From assembly GCA_044222475.1 (NCBI GenBank), contig JBGANF010000028.1:10189-74188 (forward strand): a stretch of DNA of 64,000 nt, given 5' to 3'. The notes under the pieces are model-generated. The model saw nothing but the letters and a program-made list of their open reading frames with translations, was not told the DNA's origin and made no database searches. Below, piece by piece: positions 1-9,084 of this stretch (its first letter is position 1; each line of letters opens with the position of its first letter). Made by a program: the position numbers and the translations under genes. The stretch comes from Polyangiaceae bacterium. Lineage in GTDB: Bacteria; Myxococcota_A; Polyangia; Polyangiales; Polyangiaceae.

Positions 1-180
1 CTCGGCCACGTTCGCGAGCGAGATGAGCTGCCGCGGCGCGAACAGCCCTTGCTTCATGTTCGGTACCAAATCGGTACCACCGGCGACGACGAGCGCATCG
101 GGCCCGAACCGCCCGAGGAGAGCGATCACCTCGTCGACGGTGCGCGGGGCGTGTAGGTCGAACGAGGGCAGGGGCAACAT
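1..180 (-). CDS. FAD-binding subunit of xanthine dehydrogenase family molybdoenzyme (HcrB/CoxM-like), N-terminal part only; runs off the window
   Basis: Manual translation from ATG at 180: MLPLPSFDLHAPRTVDEVIALLGRFGPDALVVAGGTDLVPNMKQ. It has the AGGTDL FAD motif and a TGATG overlap with the upstream large subunit. Confidence 0.9.
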   Translation of the reverse strand, partial: MLPLPSFDLHAPRTVDEVIALLGRFGPDALVVAGGTDLVPNMKQGLFAPRQLISLANVAE

Positions 181-2468
181 CAGCGTGCACCCTTCTGCGC
201 GCGGAGCGCCTCGAGGATCTTCGCCGGCGTGATCGGCAGCTCGTCGATGCGGACTCCGATCGCGTCGAAGACGGCGTTGGCGACCGCCGGGATGCTCGAG
301 TGGAGCGGACCCTCGCCGGCTTCCTTCGCGCCGTAGGGTCCTTCGGGATCGAGCGACTCGACCGCGAACGCCTCGAGCTCGGGGGTGTCGAGCGTGGTCG
401 GGATGCGGTAGTCGAGTAGGTTCGGGCCCATGTGCAGGCCCGACGCGCTCGTCGCGTGCTCTTCGAGGAGGGCCTCGGCGACGCCCATGTAGACGCTGCC
501 TTCGATCTGGCCCTCGACGAGCGTGGGGCAGAGCGCCTTCCCGCAGTCGTGGGCGCACCAGACCTTCTCGACGTGGACGAACCCCGTCTCTTCGTCGACG
601 AAGACCTCGGCGACGTGGGCGGTGAAGGAGTACGCCGGCGAGGCGCCGATCGTCCCGCCGCGGTACTTCCCGCCGAGCTCGGGCGGCGTCTTGTACCAGC
701 CGGTCGAGCCGAGGGTTCCGAACTTCGCCTCCGCGAGGCGCATCGCCTCGTCGGTCGGGATGGCGCGGTCCTCTTGGCCCTTCGCGCAGAGGAACCCGCG
801 CGAGACGAAGACGTCCTTGGGGGGACACTCGAGCTTCTCGGCGACGACCGCGACGAGCTTCTCTTTGATCTGCCGCGCGGCGTGGGCGCACGCGTTGCCG
901 TTCATGAACGTGCCGCGCGACGAGTACGCGCCGAGATCGACGGGGCAGGTGTCGCTGTCGCCGGAGACGACGCGGACCGACCCGAGATCGAGGCCGAGCT
1001 CCTCGGCGACGATCGTCGCCATGAGCGTGTCGGTGCCCTGGCCGATCTCGCTCGCGCCGGTGAACACCGTGACCAGCCCCGACCGATCGACCTTCAGCGC
1101 CACTGCGCTCTGCGGCATCTCGTTCGGGTAGATCGGGTAGTTCGTGCCCGAGATGTACGCCGAGCTCGCGACGCCGAGCCCTCGCCCGCGTCCGAGCTTT
1201 CCGCGCCGCTCCTTCCACTTGCTCGCCGCTTCGACCCGAGCGAGGCACTCGAGGTACCCGCTCGACGTGACGCGCATGCCGTTGATGGTCTCGCTGTTCT
1301 TCTCGACCGCGTTGCGGCGGCGAAGCTCGATCGGATCCATCTTCAGCCGCGCGGCGATCTTGTCGAGCGTGACCTCGAGCGAGAAGCGCGGTTGCACGCT
1401 GCCGTGGCCGCGCTTCGGCCCGCACGGCGGCTTGTTCGTGAAGTACCGGGTCGCGTCGAACCGGTACGTCGCCGCGGCCGTCGGCAGCGTGAGGAGCTGC
1501 CCGGAGTAGTACGTGGTGACGAGCCCGAACGACGAGTACGCGCCACCGTCGATCTGGGTCTTCACGTCGATCGCGGTGAGCGTGCCGTCGTTCTTGGCGC
1601 CGACGCGCATGTGCATCCGCATCGGGTGGCGACCGCGGTGGACGTAGAACTCTTCTTCGCGCGTCAGGAGGATCTTCACCGGGCGTCCGGTGATCATCGC
1701 GAGCTTCGCGCAGGCGATCTCGTGACCGAACGGCTCGCTCTTGCCGCCGAACGCGCCGCCGACCGGCGGCTGCACGACGCGGATGCGCGCGGGCGGGATC
1801 TCGAGCACGCGCGACAGCTCGCGGTGCAGGTAGTGAGGCACCTGCGTCGCCGACCACACGGTGAGGAGACCCTCACCGTCCATCTGGGCGATCGTGCAGT
1901 GCGTCTCGATCGGCGCGTGGGCGCTTCCGTGGAAGAAGTAGCGACCGTCCTCGACGAGGTCGGCGCTCGCGAGCGCGCCGTCCACGTCGCCGAAGGCGAG
2001 GTCGACCCGCTTGCTCACGTTGTCGCCGCCTTTGGCGCCAAGGCCGACTTGGGGCTTGCCCATCGCGTCGTCGAGGGTGACCGCGGCGTCGAGGATCTCG
2101 TACTCGACCGACACGAGATCGGCCGCGCGCTGCGCGGTGCGCTCGTCGACCGCGGCGATCACCGCGACGCCGTCGCCGACGAAGCGGGCGCGCTCGATCG
2201 CGAGGGTGTGCTCGTCGGGGGTCCACGGGATGATGCCGAAGCGTCGCGGGAGATCCTTGCCGGTGACGATCGCGACGACGCCCGGCTGCGCGAGCGCGCG
2301 CGTCGCATCGATCGACACGATGCGTGCGTGGGCGTGCGGGCTCCGCACCATCTTCGCGTGGAGCATCCGCGGGAGCCGGATGTCGTCGGTGAAGCGCGTC
2401 TCGCCGCGGACCTTGCGGACGAGATCGCCGCGGCGCCCCGGTCGCCCGATCGGCCCCTGGGTCGTCAC
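180..2468 (-). CDS. Molybdopterin-binding large subunit, xanthine dehydrogenase family (HcrA/CoxL-like)
   Basis: Motifs RSPHAHARI, VGGAFGGK, RGHG, GQG, GQIEG and GAKEAGEG. GTG start at 2468 overlaps the upstream stop (GTGA). Confidence 0.92.
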   Translation of the reverse strand: MTTQGPIGRPGRRGDLVRKVRGETRFTDDIRLPRMLHAKMVRSPHAHARIVSIDATRALAQPGVVAIVTGKDLPRRFGIIPWTPDEHTLAIERARFVGDGVAVIAAVDERTAQRAADLVSVEYEILDAAVTLDDAMGKPQVGLGAKGGDNVSKRVDLAFGDVDGALASADLVEDGRYFFHGSAHAPIETHCTIAQMDGEGLLTVWSATQVPHYLHRELSRVLEIPPARIRVVQPPVGGAFGGKSEPFGHEIACAKLAMITGRPVKILLTREEEFYVHRGRHPMRMHMRVGAKNDGTLTAIDVKTQIDGGAYSSFGLVTTYYSGQLLTLPTAAATYRFDATRYFTNKPPCGPKRGHGSVQPRFSLEVTLDKIAARLKMDPIELRRRNAVEKNSETINGMRVTSSGYLECLARVEAASKWKERRGKLGRGRGLGVASSAYISGTNYPIYPNEMPQSAVALKVDRSGLVTVFTGASEIGQGTDTLMATIVAEELGLDLGSVRVVSGDSDTCPVDLGAYSSRGTFMNGNACAHAARQIKEKLVAVVAEKLECPPKDVFVSRGFLCAKGQEDRAIPTDEAMRLAEAKFGTLGSTGWYKTPPELGGKYRGGTIGASPAYSFTAHVAEVFVDEETGFVHVEKVWCAHDCGKALCPTLVEGQIEGSVYMGVAEALLEEHATSASGLHMGPNLLDYRIPTTLDTPELEAFAVESLDPEGPYGAKEAGEGPLHSSIPAVANAVFDAIGVRIDELPITPAKILEALRAQKGAR

Positions 2469-3901
2469 GACTTTCCCTTCTCGTACGGCGGAAGCGGCGC
2501 CCCCATCTTCTCTTCGCCGGGGCGGGGCATCTTCGGATCGGTCGTGCCGCGCGCCGCGTCTTCGACCGCGTCGAGGATCGCGGTGTAGCCGGTGCACCGG
2601 CAGAGGTTGCCCGAGAGCGCCAGCTTGATCCGCTCGCGCGTGGGTCGCGGTTCGTTCGTGAGGAGCGCCTTCGCCGCCATGAGCATGCCGGGCGTACAGA
2701 AGCCGCACTGACCCGCGCCGTGGCGATCGAACGCGTCGAGCAGCGGCTCGAGGTCCTTGCCGGCGCGGAGCTTCTCCACCGTGGTGACTTCCTTGCCCTG
2801 ACACGACAGCGCGAGCGTGAGGCACGAGAGCACCGGTCGCCCGTCCACGAGGACGGTGCACGCGCCGCAGTCGCCCTTGTCGCACCCTTGCTTCGTGCCG
2901 ATCAGATCGAGATCGTAGCGAAGCATCTCCAGCAGGGTGCGGCTCGGTCGCGTCGCGACCTCGATCGGGTCGCCGTTGATCTTCAGTCGCAATGTCGCGA
3001 GGGGCTCGCGATCGATCGTGACGTCGGGCGCGGAGAGCTCGAGGTATCGCTCGAGCGCCCGGCGCGACACCGGAGGCCGCGTCCCCGCGACCGCGAGCTG
3101 CTCGACGAGGTACTCGATGCGGGTGTTGCCGACGCGCTCGCCGATCCCGTGGGCGGTTCCGTGGACGCCGTCGGCTTCGGCGAACGCAGCGGCGAGCGCG
3201 TTGCCGAGCGCGAGCCCGCGATCGTTGTGGCCGTGCCAGTCGACTTCGACGTGGGCGGCGCCCATGTCCGCGAGCATCTTCTTCACGTGGAGGATGATGG
3301 CCCGCGCGCCCCACGGGTCGGAGTGACCGACGGTGTCGCACACGCAGACGCGCGTCGCCCCGGCTTCGATCGCGACCTCGTAGAGGGAACGCAAGAGGTC
3401 GGGTGGGGTGCGCGTCGTGTCTTCGGTGACGAGACAGAACGGAAGGCCCGCGCTCTTCGCCGTCTCGGCCGAGCTCTTGATGCGCGACCGAAGCAGATCG
3501 GTGTCCCACCCCTCGACGTACGCTCGAATGGGCGAGCAGCCGATGAAGGCGTACACCCAGATCGGGATCTGAGCCTTCTCGCTCGCTTGCGCGATCGCGC
3601 GGACGTCACCCTCGGTGGTGCGCGCCGCTGCGGTCGGGATGATGGGCAGCTTGGCGACGCGGATCTCGCGTGCGAGCGCGGTGCAGTCGGACACTGCGCG
3701 CGGCCCGGCGGCCGGGAGCCCGACCGACACGTAGTCGACGCCGATCTCGGCCATCGCGTGGATCAGATCGAGCTTGCGACCGAGCGGAGGATCGATCGCC
3801 GAGGCGCTCTGGAGCCCGTCGCGAAGCGTCTCGTCGACGACGCGCGGCGCTCCCGCTTTGCGAGCGGGGGCGCTTTCATCGGTGCGGTTCCAGTCGTACA
3901 T
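2465..3901 (-). CDS. Fusion of 2-isopropylmalate/homocitrate synthase-like DRE-TIM domain and 2Fe-2S small subunit (CoxS/HcrC-like)
   Basis: N-terminal DETLRDGLQ, DTVG, HGHNDRG and GIGERVGN. C-terminal GCDKGDCGAC...C and QCGFCTPG...NLCRCTGY. Both lie in one reading frame. Confidence 0.88.
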   Translation of the reverse strand: MYDWNRTDESAPARKAGAPRVVDETLRDGLQSASAIDPPLGRKLDLIHAMAEIGVDYVSVGLPAAGPRAVSDCTALAREIRVAKLPIIPTAAARTTEGDVRAIAQASEKAQIPIWVYAFIGCSPIRAYVEGWDTDLLRSRIKSSAETAKSAGLPFCLVTEDTTRTPPDLLRSLYEVAIEAGATRVCVCDTVGHSDPWGARAIILHVKKMLADMGAAHVEVDWHGHNDRGLALGNALAAAFAEADGVHGTAHGIGERVGNTRIEYLVEQLAVAGTRPPVSRRALERYLELSAPDVTIDREPLATLRLKINGDPIEVATRPSRTLLEMLRYDLDLIGTKQGCDKGDCGACTVLVDGRPVLSCLTLALSCQGKEVTTVEKLRAGKDLEPLLDAFDRHGAGQCGFCTPGMLMAAKALLTNEPRPTRERIKLALSGNLCRCTGYTAILDAVEDAARGTTDPKMPRPGEEKMGAPLPPYEKGKS

Positions 3902-4006
3902 GCGCGCAGAGTTTCCCCCGCGAGATGGAGAATGCGCCTCAAACGGCTGGTTGACCAGCCCTGCCGGCACTCCCAAGACACGCCCCGAGGCGCTAGGCTC
4001 GGCCGC

Positions 4007-4570
4007 GTGTTCGGCATCGTGCTGGCAGCGGGAAAAGGCGGCCGAATGGGGGGTCCCAAGGCCCGCCTCATGGCCTTTGGCAGCACCCTCGCAAAAATCC
4101 ACGCCGAGCGTCTCCGTGACGCCGGGGCGACCCGAGTGGTCGTCGTGCTCCGGCCCGAGGACATGGGCTTGGACCTCGGTCCGGGCGCCGCCGTCGAGTC
4201 GACCGAGCCGGAGCAATCCGGGTCGCTGAGCCGCGCCCTCGACGCCCTGGCCCCGCCGCGAGACGCGATCGTCCTCGTCACGCCCGTCGACGCGCTCCCG
4301 GCGAGGGTCGAAACCATCCGCGCGCTGGCCGCCGCAGTCCGTGACGACACGGACGCGGCGGTGCCGACGTACCAGACCGATCGCGGTCACCCGATCGCGG
4401 CACGAGCGTCGGTGCTCCTCTCCAGTAGTGGGAAGCCCTTGCGCGACGTCCTGCACGATCTGGGAGCTCGTCGCGCGCTCGTCGCGGTGGACGATCCGGC
4501 GGTGACGACGGATCTCGATACGCCCGACGCGGTCGTGCGGGCGTTGGGAGGACCGCCGCGGTTCGTCTGA
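4007..4570 (+). CDS. Molybdenum cofactor nucleotidyltransferase (MocA/MobA-like)
   Basis: IVLAAGKGGRMGGPKA, RGHP and DLDTP motifs. Divergent from the molybdoenzyme operon. Confidence 0.8.
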   Translation: MFGIVLAAGKGGRMGGPKARLMAFGSTLAKIHAERLRDAGATRVVVVLRPEDMGLDLGPGAAVESTEPEQSGSLSRALDALAPPRDAIVLVTPVDALPARVETIRALAAAVRDDTDAAVPTYQTDRGHPIAARASVLLSSSGKPLRDVLHDLGARRALVAVDDPAVTTDLDTPDAVVRALGGPPRFV

Positions 4571-4613
4571 AGGCATGGCGCCCAGCTGATGCCCACCGGT
4601 CCGGGGCTGCCCT

Positions 4614-5567
4614 TCAGATCGGGATCTTCGCCCACGGCCGCAACCGTCCGACGCTCCGCTGATGCGCTTCGATGATTGCGGTGATCTCGAACATCGTCCG
4701 CGTGTGCTTGATCGACGGCAGGTACCCCACGCGTCGCGCGACCGCGCCGAGCTCGAACGCGAAATACATCGCCATGAGCGGGTTGATCCACAGCGTGCTC
4801 CCGCGGGTGCGATGCGTTCGGTGCACGTCTCCGAAGTCGCCCTCCACCGCCGAGAGGATCGACGCGTTGACGATGCTTGGTTGCTCCGCCATCGCCGCGT
4901 TCACCGTCTCGACCGCGGACTTGTAGAATGCAAACTCATCCATCTCCCGCATCAGCGAGAACGCGCCGAGGAAGCCGCCGTCCTTCGCGGTCGCCGCCAC
5001 CGTCTCGAGCACGTGCCCGTGGCTCACCCCGTGGAATGCGTCGACCCCGAAGCCGATGCTCACGAGCAGCTTGGTCGCGAGCGCCAGGTCGTCGGTGGCG
5101 GCGATGCTCGCCATGTCCTCGGCCGGAGTGCCGAGCCCAGCCTCGTCGCCGATCAACAAGCTGTCGCTTCCTCCGTCGACGAGGACGAGCGCGTCGACCG
5201 CGAGCTCCGCCACGAGCGCGGCGTACGCGTCCCGCAGCGGGACGACCCCGACCTTCTCGAAGGCGAAGACTCGCGCGGGCTCACCTCGCTCGCCGAGCCA
5301 ACGCGCGAGGTGATGCTCCGGAAAGTAGTCTCGCCCGCCCTTCGTCTCCGGGCCGACCTCGACGACGGCGTCGGTGAGTCGTCGCCCGTCGCAGCCGTCG
5401 AGTCGGCTGAACGACAGGTTCGCGAGGTGTACCGTGACGCCGCGCCGACGAAGCGCCGCGTACAGCGGCAGACCGGCAAACACGTCGAACCCGCCGCCGG
5501 CGCCGGCGAGGAGAACGCACTTGCTCGAGCCCAGGCGCTCGAAGAGGGGCAGTGTCCCGAGCTCCAC
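4614..5567 (-). CDS. DUF1152 family protein
   Basis: AGAGGGFD, LVDGGSDSL..GDEAGLGTP.ED and GFGVDAFHG motifs typical of this family. Confidence 0.75.
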   Translation of the reverse strand: MELGTLPLFERLGSSKCVLLAGAGGGFDVFAGLPLYAALRRRGVTVHLANLSFSRLDGCDGRRLTDAVVEVGPETKGGRDYFPEHHLARWLGERGEPARVFAFEKVGVVPLRDAYAALVAELAVDALVLVDGGSDSLLIGDEAGLGTPAEDMASIAATDDLALATKLLVSIGFGVDAFHGVSHGHVLETVAATAKDGGFLGAFSLMREMDEFAFYKSAVETVNAAMAEQPSIVNASILSAVEGDFGDVHRTHRTRGSTLWINPLMAMYFAFELGAVARRVGYLPSIKHTRTMFEITAIIEAHQRSVGRLRPWAKIPI

Positions 5568-5576
5568 GCCCCGAGT

Positions 5577-5948
5577 CTACGGCGCCTTCGGCGCCACGCG
5601 CACGGTCTTCCACTTCGCGAGGGTGACCAACCCCGCCGGAGCGCCGCGCGGCTTCGACACGCTCCCCGCGAGGCAGTAGTCGACGTTCACCGTCTTCGCC
5701 GCGCGCGCCTTCGAGTGCCACGCGGCCGCCGCCGCCGCCGCTTCGAGGACCTCGCGCGGGACGTCGACCTTCTCCGGGTTGCGAATCACGACGTGGCTTC
5801 CCGGAGTCCCGCCGCCCACGTGGAGCCACGTGTCGTGCGGATCGGCGACGCGAAACGTCAGCTCGTCGTTCTCTTCGCTGCCGCGACCGATCAACACCTC
5901 GAAGTCCCCGATGCGCACGGTCTTGTACGGGCGTCCCTTGCTCGCCAT
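5577..5948 (-). CDS. Stand-alone NFACT RNA-binding (DUF814) domain protein
   Basis: IGRGSEENDELT, WLHV..PGSHVV, AAWHSKAR and VSKPRGAPAGLV motifs. Confidence 0.85.
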   Translation of the reverse strand: MASKGRPYKTVRIGDFEVLIGRGSEENDELTFRVADPHDTWLHVGGGTPGSHVVIRNPEKVDVPREVLEAAAAAAAWHSKARAAKTVNVDYCLAGSVSKPRGAPAGLVTLAKWKTVRVAPKAP

Positions 5949-5961
5949 CGAGGTGCCCCCG

Positions 5962-6543
5962 CTATTCGTCGAGCTCGGCGAGCCGCTCGCGGACGTCGTC
6001 GTCGAGCGACTCGTCGCCGGCCATCGAGATCGCGAAGCGCAACCGCGCGAGGTACGCGTCGTCCGCGTCGTCGAGTTGGTCCGTCCCGGCGAGCTCCACG
6101 ACCGAGCTCATCGCGTCGACGATGAAGTCGTCGATGTTTCCGCTCGTCGACGTCGCCTTCCAGCCCTCGTCGTGGACCAGGAACCGCACCTTCCCGCTCT
6201 TCGCGTTCCACACGTGGAGGTCGCCGGCGCCGTTCTTCGCGAGGCACACGTCGTCGGTCGTCATCACCTTGCCGTCGGCGTTCCAGGCCTCGCCTTTGCG
6301 TCCGCGCAAGAGCATCTCCGGGTAGCACTCGAAGTCGAAGACCGAGAAGCTCGTGTTCCCGTCGACGAGCGCTTGGAAGTACGCCAGCACGCGCGGATCG
6401 TTCTTCTTCGCGAGAGCGAGAACCTCCGCGACCGCGGCGTCGTCCTTGGCGAGCTTCTTCCCCACCGGCGGGGCCGCCTCTTCGCGGATGAAGTGGACCC
6501 ATCGATCGAAGGGCTTGGACGTGGCGCGCTTGGGCTTGGCCAT
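5962..6543 (-). CDS. Hypothetical protein, possibly SUKH/SMI1-KNR4-like
   Basis: 193-aa ORF. LAKNGAGDLHVWN..SGKVRFLVHDE resembles the SUKH core. Confidence 0.55.
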   Translation of the reverse strand: MAKPKRATSKPFDRWVHFIREEAAPPVGKKLAKDDAAVAEVLALAKKNDPRVLAYFQALVDGNTSFSVFDFECYPEMLLRGRKGEAWNADGKVMTTDDVCLAKNGAGDLHVWNAKSGKVRFLVHDEGWKATSTSGNIDDFIVDAMSSVVELAGTDQLDDADDAYLARLRFAISMAGDESLDDDVRERLAELDE

Positions 6544-6576
6544 GGGGTGAGCGCCACCATACGCGAACCGACCGGG

Positions 6577-6611
6577 TTGACACTCGATGTCTACGTATCT
6601 AGATATGTAGA
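6577..6611 (+). promoter_or_regulatory. ars operon promoter with ArsR operator palindrome
   Basis: TTGACA at 6577-6582. Inverted repeat TCTACGTATCT/AGATATGTAGA (6590-6611, 1 mismatch) covers the -10 region directly before arsR. Confidence 0.75.
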
Positions 6612-6612
6612 T

Positions 6613-6927
6613 GTGAAGCCGATCGAACGCCACGCCAGCCAGCTCGCGGCCCTCGGCCACGTCGCGCGGGTCTCGCTCCTCCGCGAGGTCGTGCAGGCGG
6701 GCGACGGCGGCGCGACGACGAGCGAGCTCCAGGAGCGCATCGGCATCCCGTGGACGACGCTGAACCATCACCTCGATCGCCTCGTCGACGCGGGCCTCGT
6801 GACCACGCGGCGCGAAGGAAAGTCCGTCATCCACACCGCCGACTACAAGGCGCTCCGCGCGCTGACCAATTTCCTCTGGGAAGACTGCTGCAAGCGCGGT
6901 CAGCCCAGCGGGCCTGCCTGCTGCTGA
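6613..6927 (+). CDS. arsR: ArsR family transcriptional repressor
   Basis: LAALGHVARV...TLNHHLDRLVDAGLV helix-turn-helix, C-terminal EDCC...CC, first gene of the ars cluster. Confidence 0.88.
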   Translation: MKPIERHASQLAALGHVARVSLLREVVQAGDGGATTSELQERIGIPWTTLNHHLDRLVDAGLVTTRREGKSVIHTADYKALRALTNFLWEDCCKRGQPSGPACC

Positions 6928-6944
6928 AACGAAAGGATCCGTCG

Positions 6945-7406
6945 ATGAACGTCCTCAAGCCCCACGTCTCGCTCAACGTCACGAACATCGACGCGTCCGT
7001 CGCGTTCTACGAGAAGGCCTTCGGCGTCAAGCCGACGAAGCTTCGTCCCGGGTACGCGAAGTTCGATCTCGCGTCACCGTCCCTCAACCTCACGATGCAG
7101 GAGGCGCCGCGCACCGGCGTGAACGCGTCCCATTTTGGGATCCAGGTCGCGAGCACCGACGACGTCGTCCAAGCGACGGCGCGCTTCCGCGATGCCGGCC
7201 TGCCGACGCGCACCGAAGAGGACACCGAGTGCTGCTACGCCGTGCAGGACAAGGTCTGGGTCGAAGATCCGGACGGAAACCAGTGGGAGGTCTTCTTCGT
7301 CAAGGCGGACTCGCCGGTGATGACGCGCGTCCCCATGGCTGCCGGCTGCTGCACGCCCAAGGCGGCCGAGGCGACCAAGGGGAGCAATGGCGGCTGCTGC
7401 GGCTGA
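6945..7406 (+). CDS. ArsI/CadI family glyoxalase-fold metalloenzyme
   Basis: HVSLNV, GYAKF, HFGIQV, vicinal ECCYAVQDKVWV.DPDGN.WE. RBS-like AAAGGA upstream. Confidence 0.88.
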   Translation: MNVLKPHVSLNVTNIDASVAFYEKAFGVKPTKLRPGYAKFDLASPSLNLTMQEAPRTGVNASHFGIQVASTDDVVQATARFRDAGLPTRTEEDTECCYAVQDKVWVEDPDGNQWEVFFVKADSPVMTRVPMAAGCCTPKAAEATKGSNGGCCG

Positions 7407-8064
7407 TCTCCCGCGGCGCGCCGCGTCCGAGGCGATCGGCACTGCGCTCCTCCTCGCGGTCGTGGTCGGCTCGGGCATCATGGGTGACGAGCTGGCCGGC
7501 GGCAACGTCGCGATCGCGCTCCTCGCGAACAGCATCGCGACCGGCGCCGGCCTCTTGGCGCTGATCCTCGCGTTCGGCCCGGTCTCGGCCCACTTCAACC
7601 CGGTCGTCACGCTCTGCGACGCGTCCCTCGGCGGTACGAAGTGGCGCGACGTGCCGGCCCTGCTCGTCGCCCAAGTCGCCGGCGCGTTCGCCGGGGTGTT
7701 CGCCGCCCACGCGATGTTCGGCAAGGCTCTCGTGTCGGCGTCGCACGCCGATCGCAGCGGCGCGGGACGTGGGTTCGCCGAGCTCGTGGCGACGTTCGGT
7801 CTCGTCGCGGTGATCCACTCGACGAGCCGCCGAGCCCCCACGAAGACTCCGTTCGCCGTCGCCGCGTACATCACCTCGGCGTATTGGTTCACGTCGTCGA
7901 CGTCGTTCGCGAACCCCGCGGTCACCCTGGCGCGCGCGGCCACGAGCACGTTCGCCGGGATTCGCGCCGTCGACGTGCCGCAGTTCATCGCCGCTCAGCT
8001 CGTCGGCGCCGCCATCGCCGCGGTCGTGTTCCGTTGGCTCGTTCCCCCCGCAGAGGCCGCATGA
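7387..8064 (+). CDS. MIP/aquaporin family channel (arsenic-associated)
   Basis: SAHFNPVVT and FANPAVT loops, YWFTSSTSFANP, hydrophobic helices. Confidence 0.9.
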   Translation: MAAAAADLPRRAASEAIGTALLLAVVVGSGIMGDELAGGNVAIALLANSIATGAGLLALILAFGPVSAHFNPVVTLCDASLGGTKWRDVPALLVAQVAGAFAGVFAAHAMFGKALVSASHADRSGAGRGFAELVATFGLVAVIHSTSRRAPTKTPFAVAAYITSAYWFTSSTSFANPAVTLARAATSTFAGIRAVDVPQFIAAQLVGAAIAAVVFRWLVPPAEAA

Positions 8065-8465
8065 AGCGCGTCATCTTCGCCTGCATCCACAACGCCGGTC
8101 GATCGCAGATGGCGGCCGCGTGGCTCCGCTTCCTCGCAGATCCCAAGAAGGTACGAGCCGAGTCCGCCGGCACCGACCCCGGCCCCCGCGTCCACCCCGA
8201 GGTGCTGTCGGCCATGGCCGAGGTCGGCGTCGATCTCTCGGCCCTGACCCCGCAGAAGCTGACGGACGAGCTCGCTCGAGGCGCGTCGATGCTCGTCACG
8301 ATGGGGTGCGGCGACAAGTGCCCCTACGTACCCGGCGCCAAGGTCGAAGACTGGCCCCTCGAAGATCCCAAGGGAAAGCCGATCGAGCGCGTGCGCGAGA
8401 TCCGCGACGAGATTCGCGCGCGCGTCGCCGCGCTGGTCGCCCGCGAAGGCTGGGGGCCCGACTAG
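8061..8465 (+). CDS. arsC: Arsenate reductase, LMW-PTP family
   Basis: CIHNAGRSQMA P-loop, TMGCGDKCP and DWPLEDP motifs. ATGA overlap with the aquaporin gene. Confidence 0.92.
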   Translation: MKRVIFACIHNAGRSQMAAAWLRFLADPKKVRAESAGTDPGPRVHPEVLSAMAEVGVDLSALTPQKLTDELARGASMLVTMGCGDKCPYVPGAKVEDWPLEDPKGKPIERVREIRDEIRARVAALVAREGWGPD

Positions 8466-8466
8466 C

Positions 8467-9084
8467 TCACCGCGCCGACGGCGGGTGGACCCCGACCTCT
8501 TCGAGCGCGTGGCTCAAGGTCGCGAGCGCACCCTCCAGCTTTCGCATGAACGAAGCGTGGTGGCGCACCAGGTGAAAGCGCGGGTGCTTCGACCACACCG
8601 CGCGGAGTCGCCGGTCGAGCTCCATCGCCTCTTCGCGATCCTCGATGCGGATCGGGTTGGGCCCCTCGACGAACAGGTCGCCGGCGGCCGCCGTCTCGAA
8701 GAAGATCACGGTGTCGTAGCGTCCGAGCTCGGCCTCCTCGGTCGTGCCGAGCGATCGGAAGTACTCGTCCTCGCCGTCGGGCCAGTAGACGACGCCGTCG
8801 AGCGTCCCACGGTCGCAGAGGAGAACGCGGTTCGGGAACAGCGCGGCCTGCGCGTCTTCGAGGTTTCGCTGCACGTGGTAGATGGCGCGCTGGGCGGCGC
8901 GGCGAGCGTGAACGTCGCGCGCGCGGGGAAATCCGCCGGAGAAGAGCAGCGTCGCCGCCTCCGGCACGACCGCCACCGCGTCGCCGATCTCGCGGCGAAA
9001 GAGATCGGCCGCGGTGGTCTTTCCGCCGCCGGGGCCTCCGGTGACGACCATCCGACAGTTGTCTCGACGGCGATGGTGCGACAT
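8467..9084 (-). CDS. AAA_28 / NadR-like P-loop ATPase
   Basis: VVTGGPGGGKTT, VPEAAT and LCDRGTLD motifs. Confidence 0.8.
   Translation of the reverse strand: MSHHRRRDNCRMVVTGGPGGGKTTAADLFRREIGDAVAVVPEAATLLFSGGFPRARDVHARRAAQRAIYHVQRNLEDAQAALFPNRVLLCDRGTLDGVVYWPDGEDEYFRSLGTTEEAELGRYDTVIFFETAAAGDLFVEGPNPIRIEDREEAMELDRRLRAVWSKHPRFHLVRHHASFMRKLEGALATLSHALEEVGVHPPSAR

Noticed and set aside
432..2588. Long antisense or alternative-frame ORFs here and across the window (e.g. 10008-11822, 33792-36638, 35255-38086, 36789-39404)
   Set aside because: These are shadows of real genes in high-GC DNA. They are Arg/Pro-rich or mirror the codon bias, and carry no recognisable motifs.
2469..3509. N-terminal extension of the 1109-aa ORF; similar over-long starts for thrS, the kinase, panE and others
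   Set aside because: The extensions overlap other real genes. Starts were trimmed using coupling, -10 position and where the domain begins.
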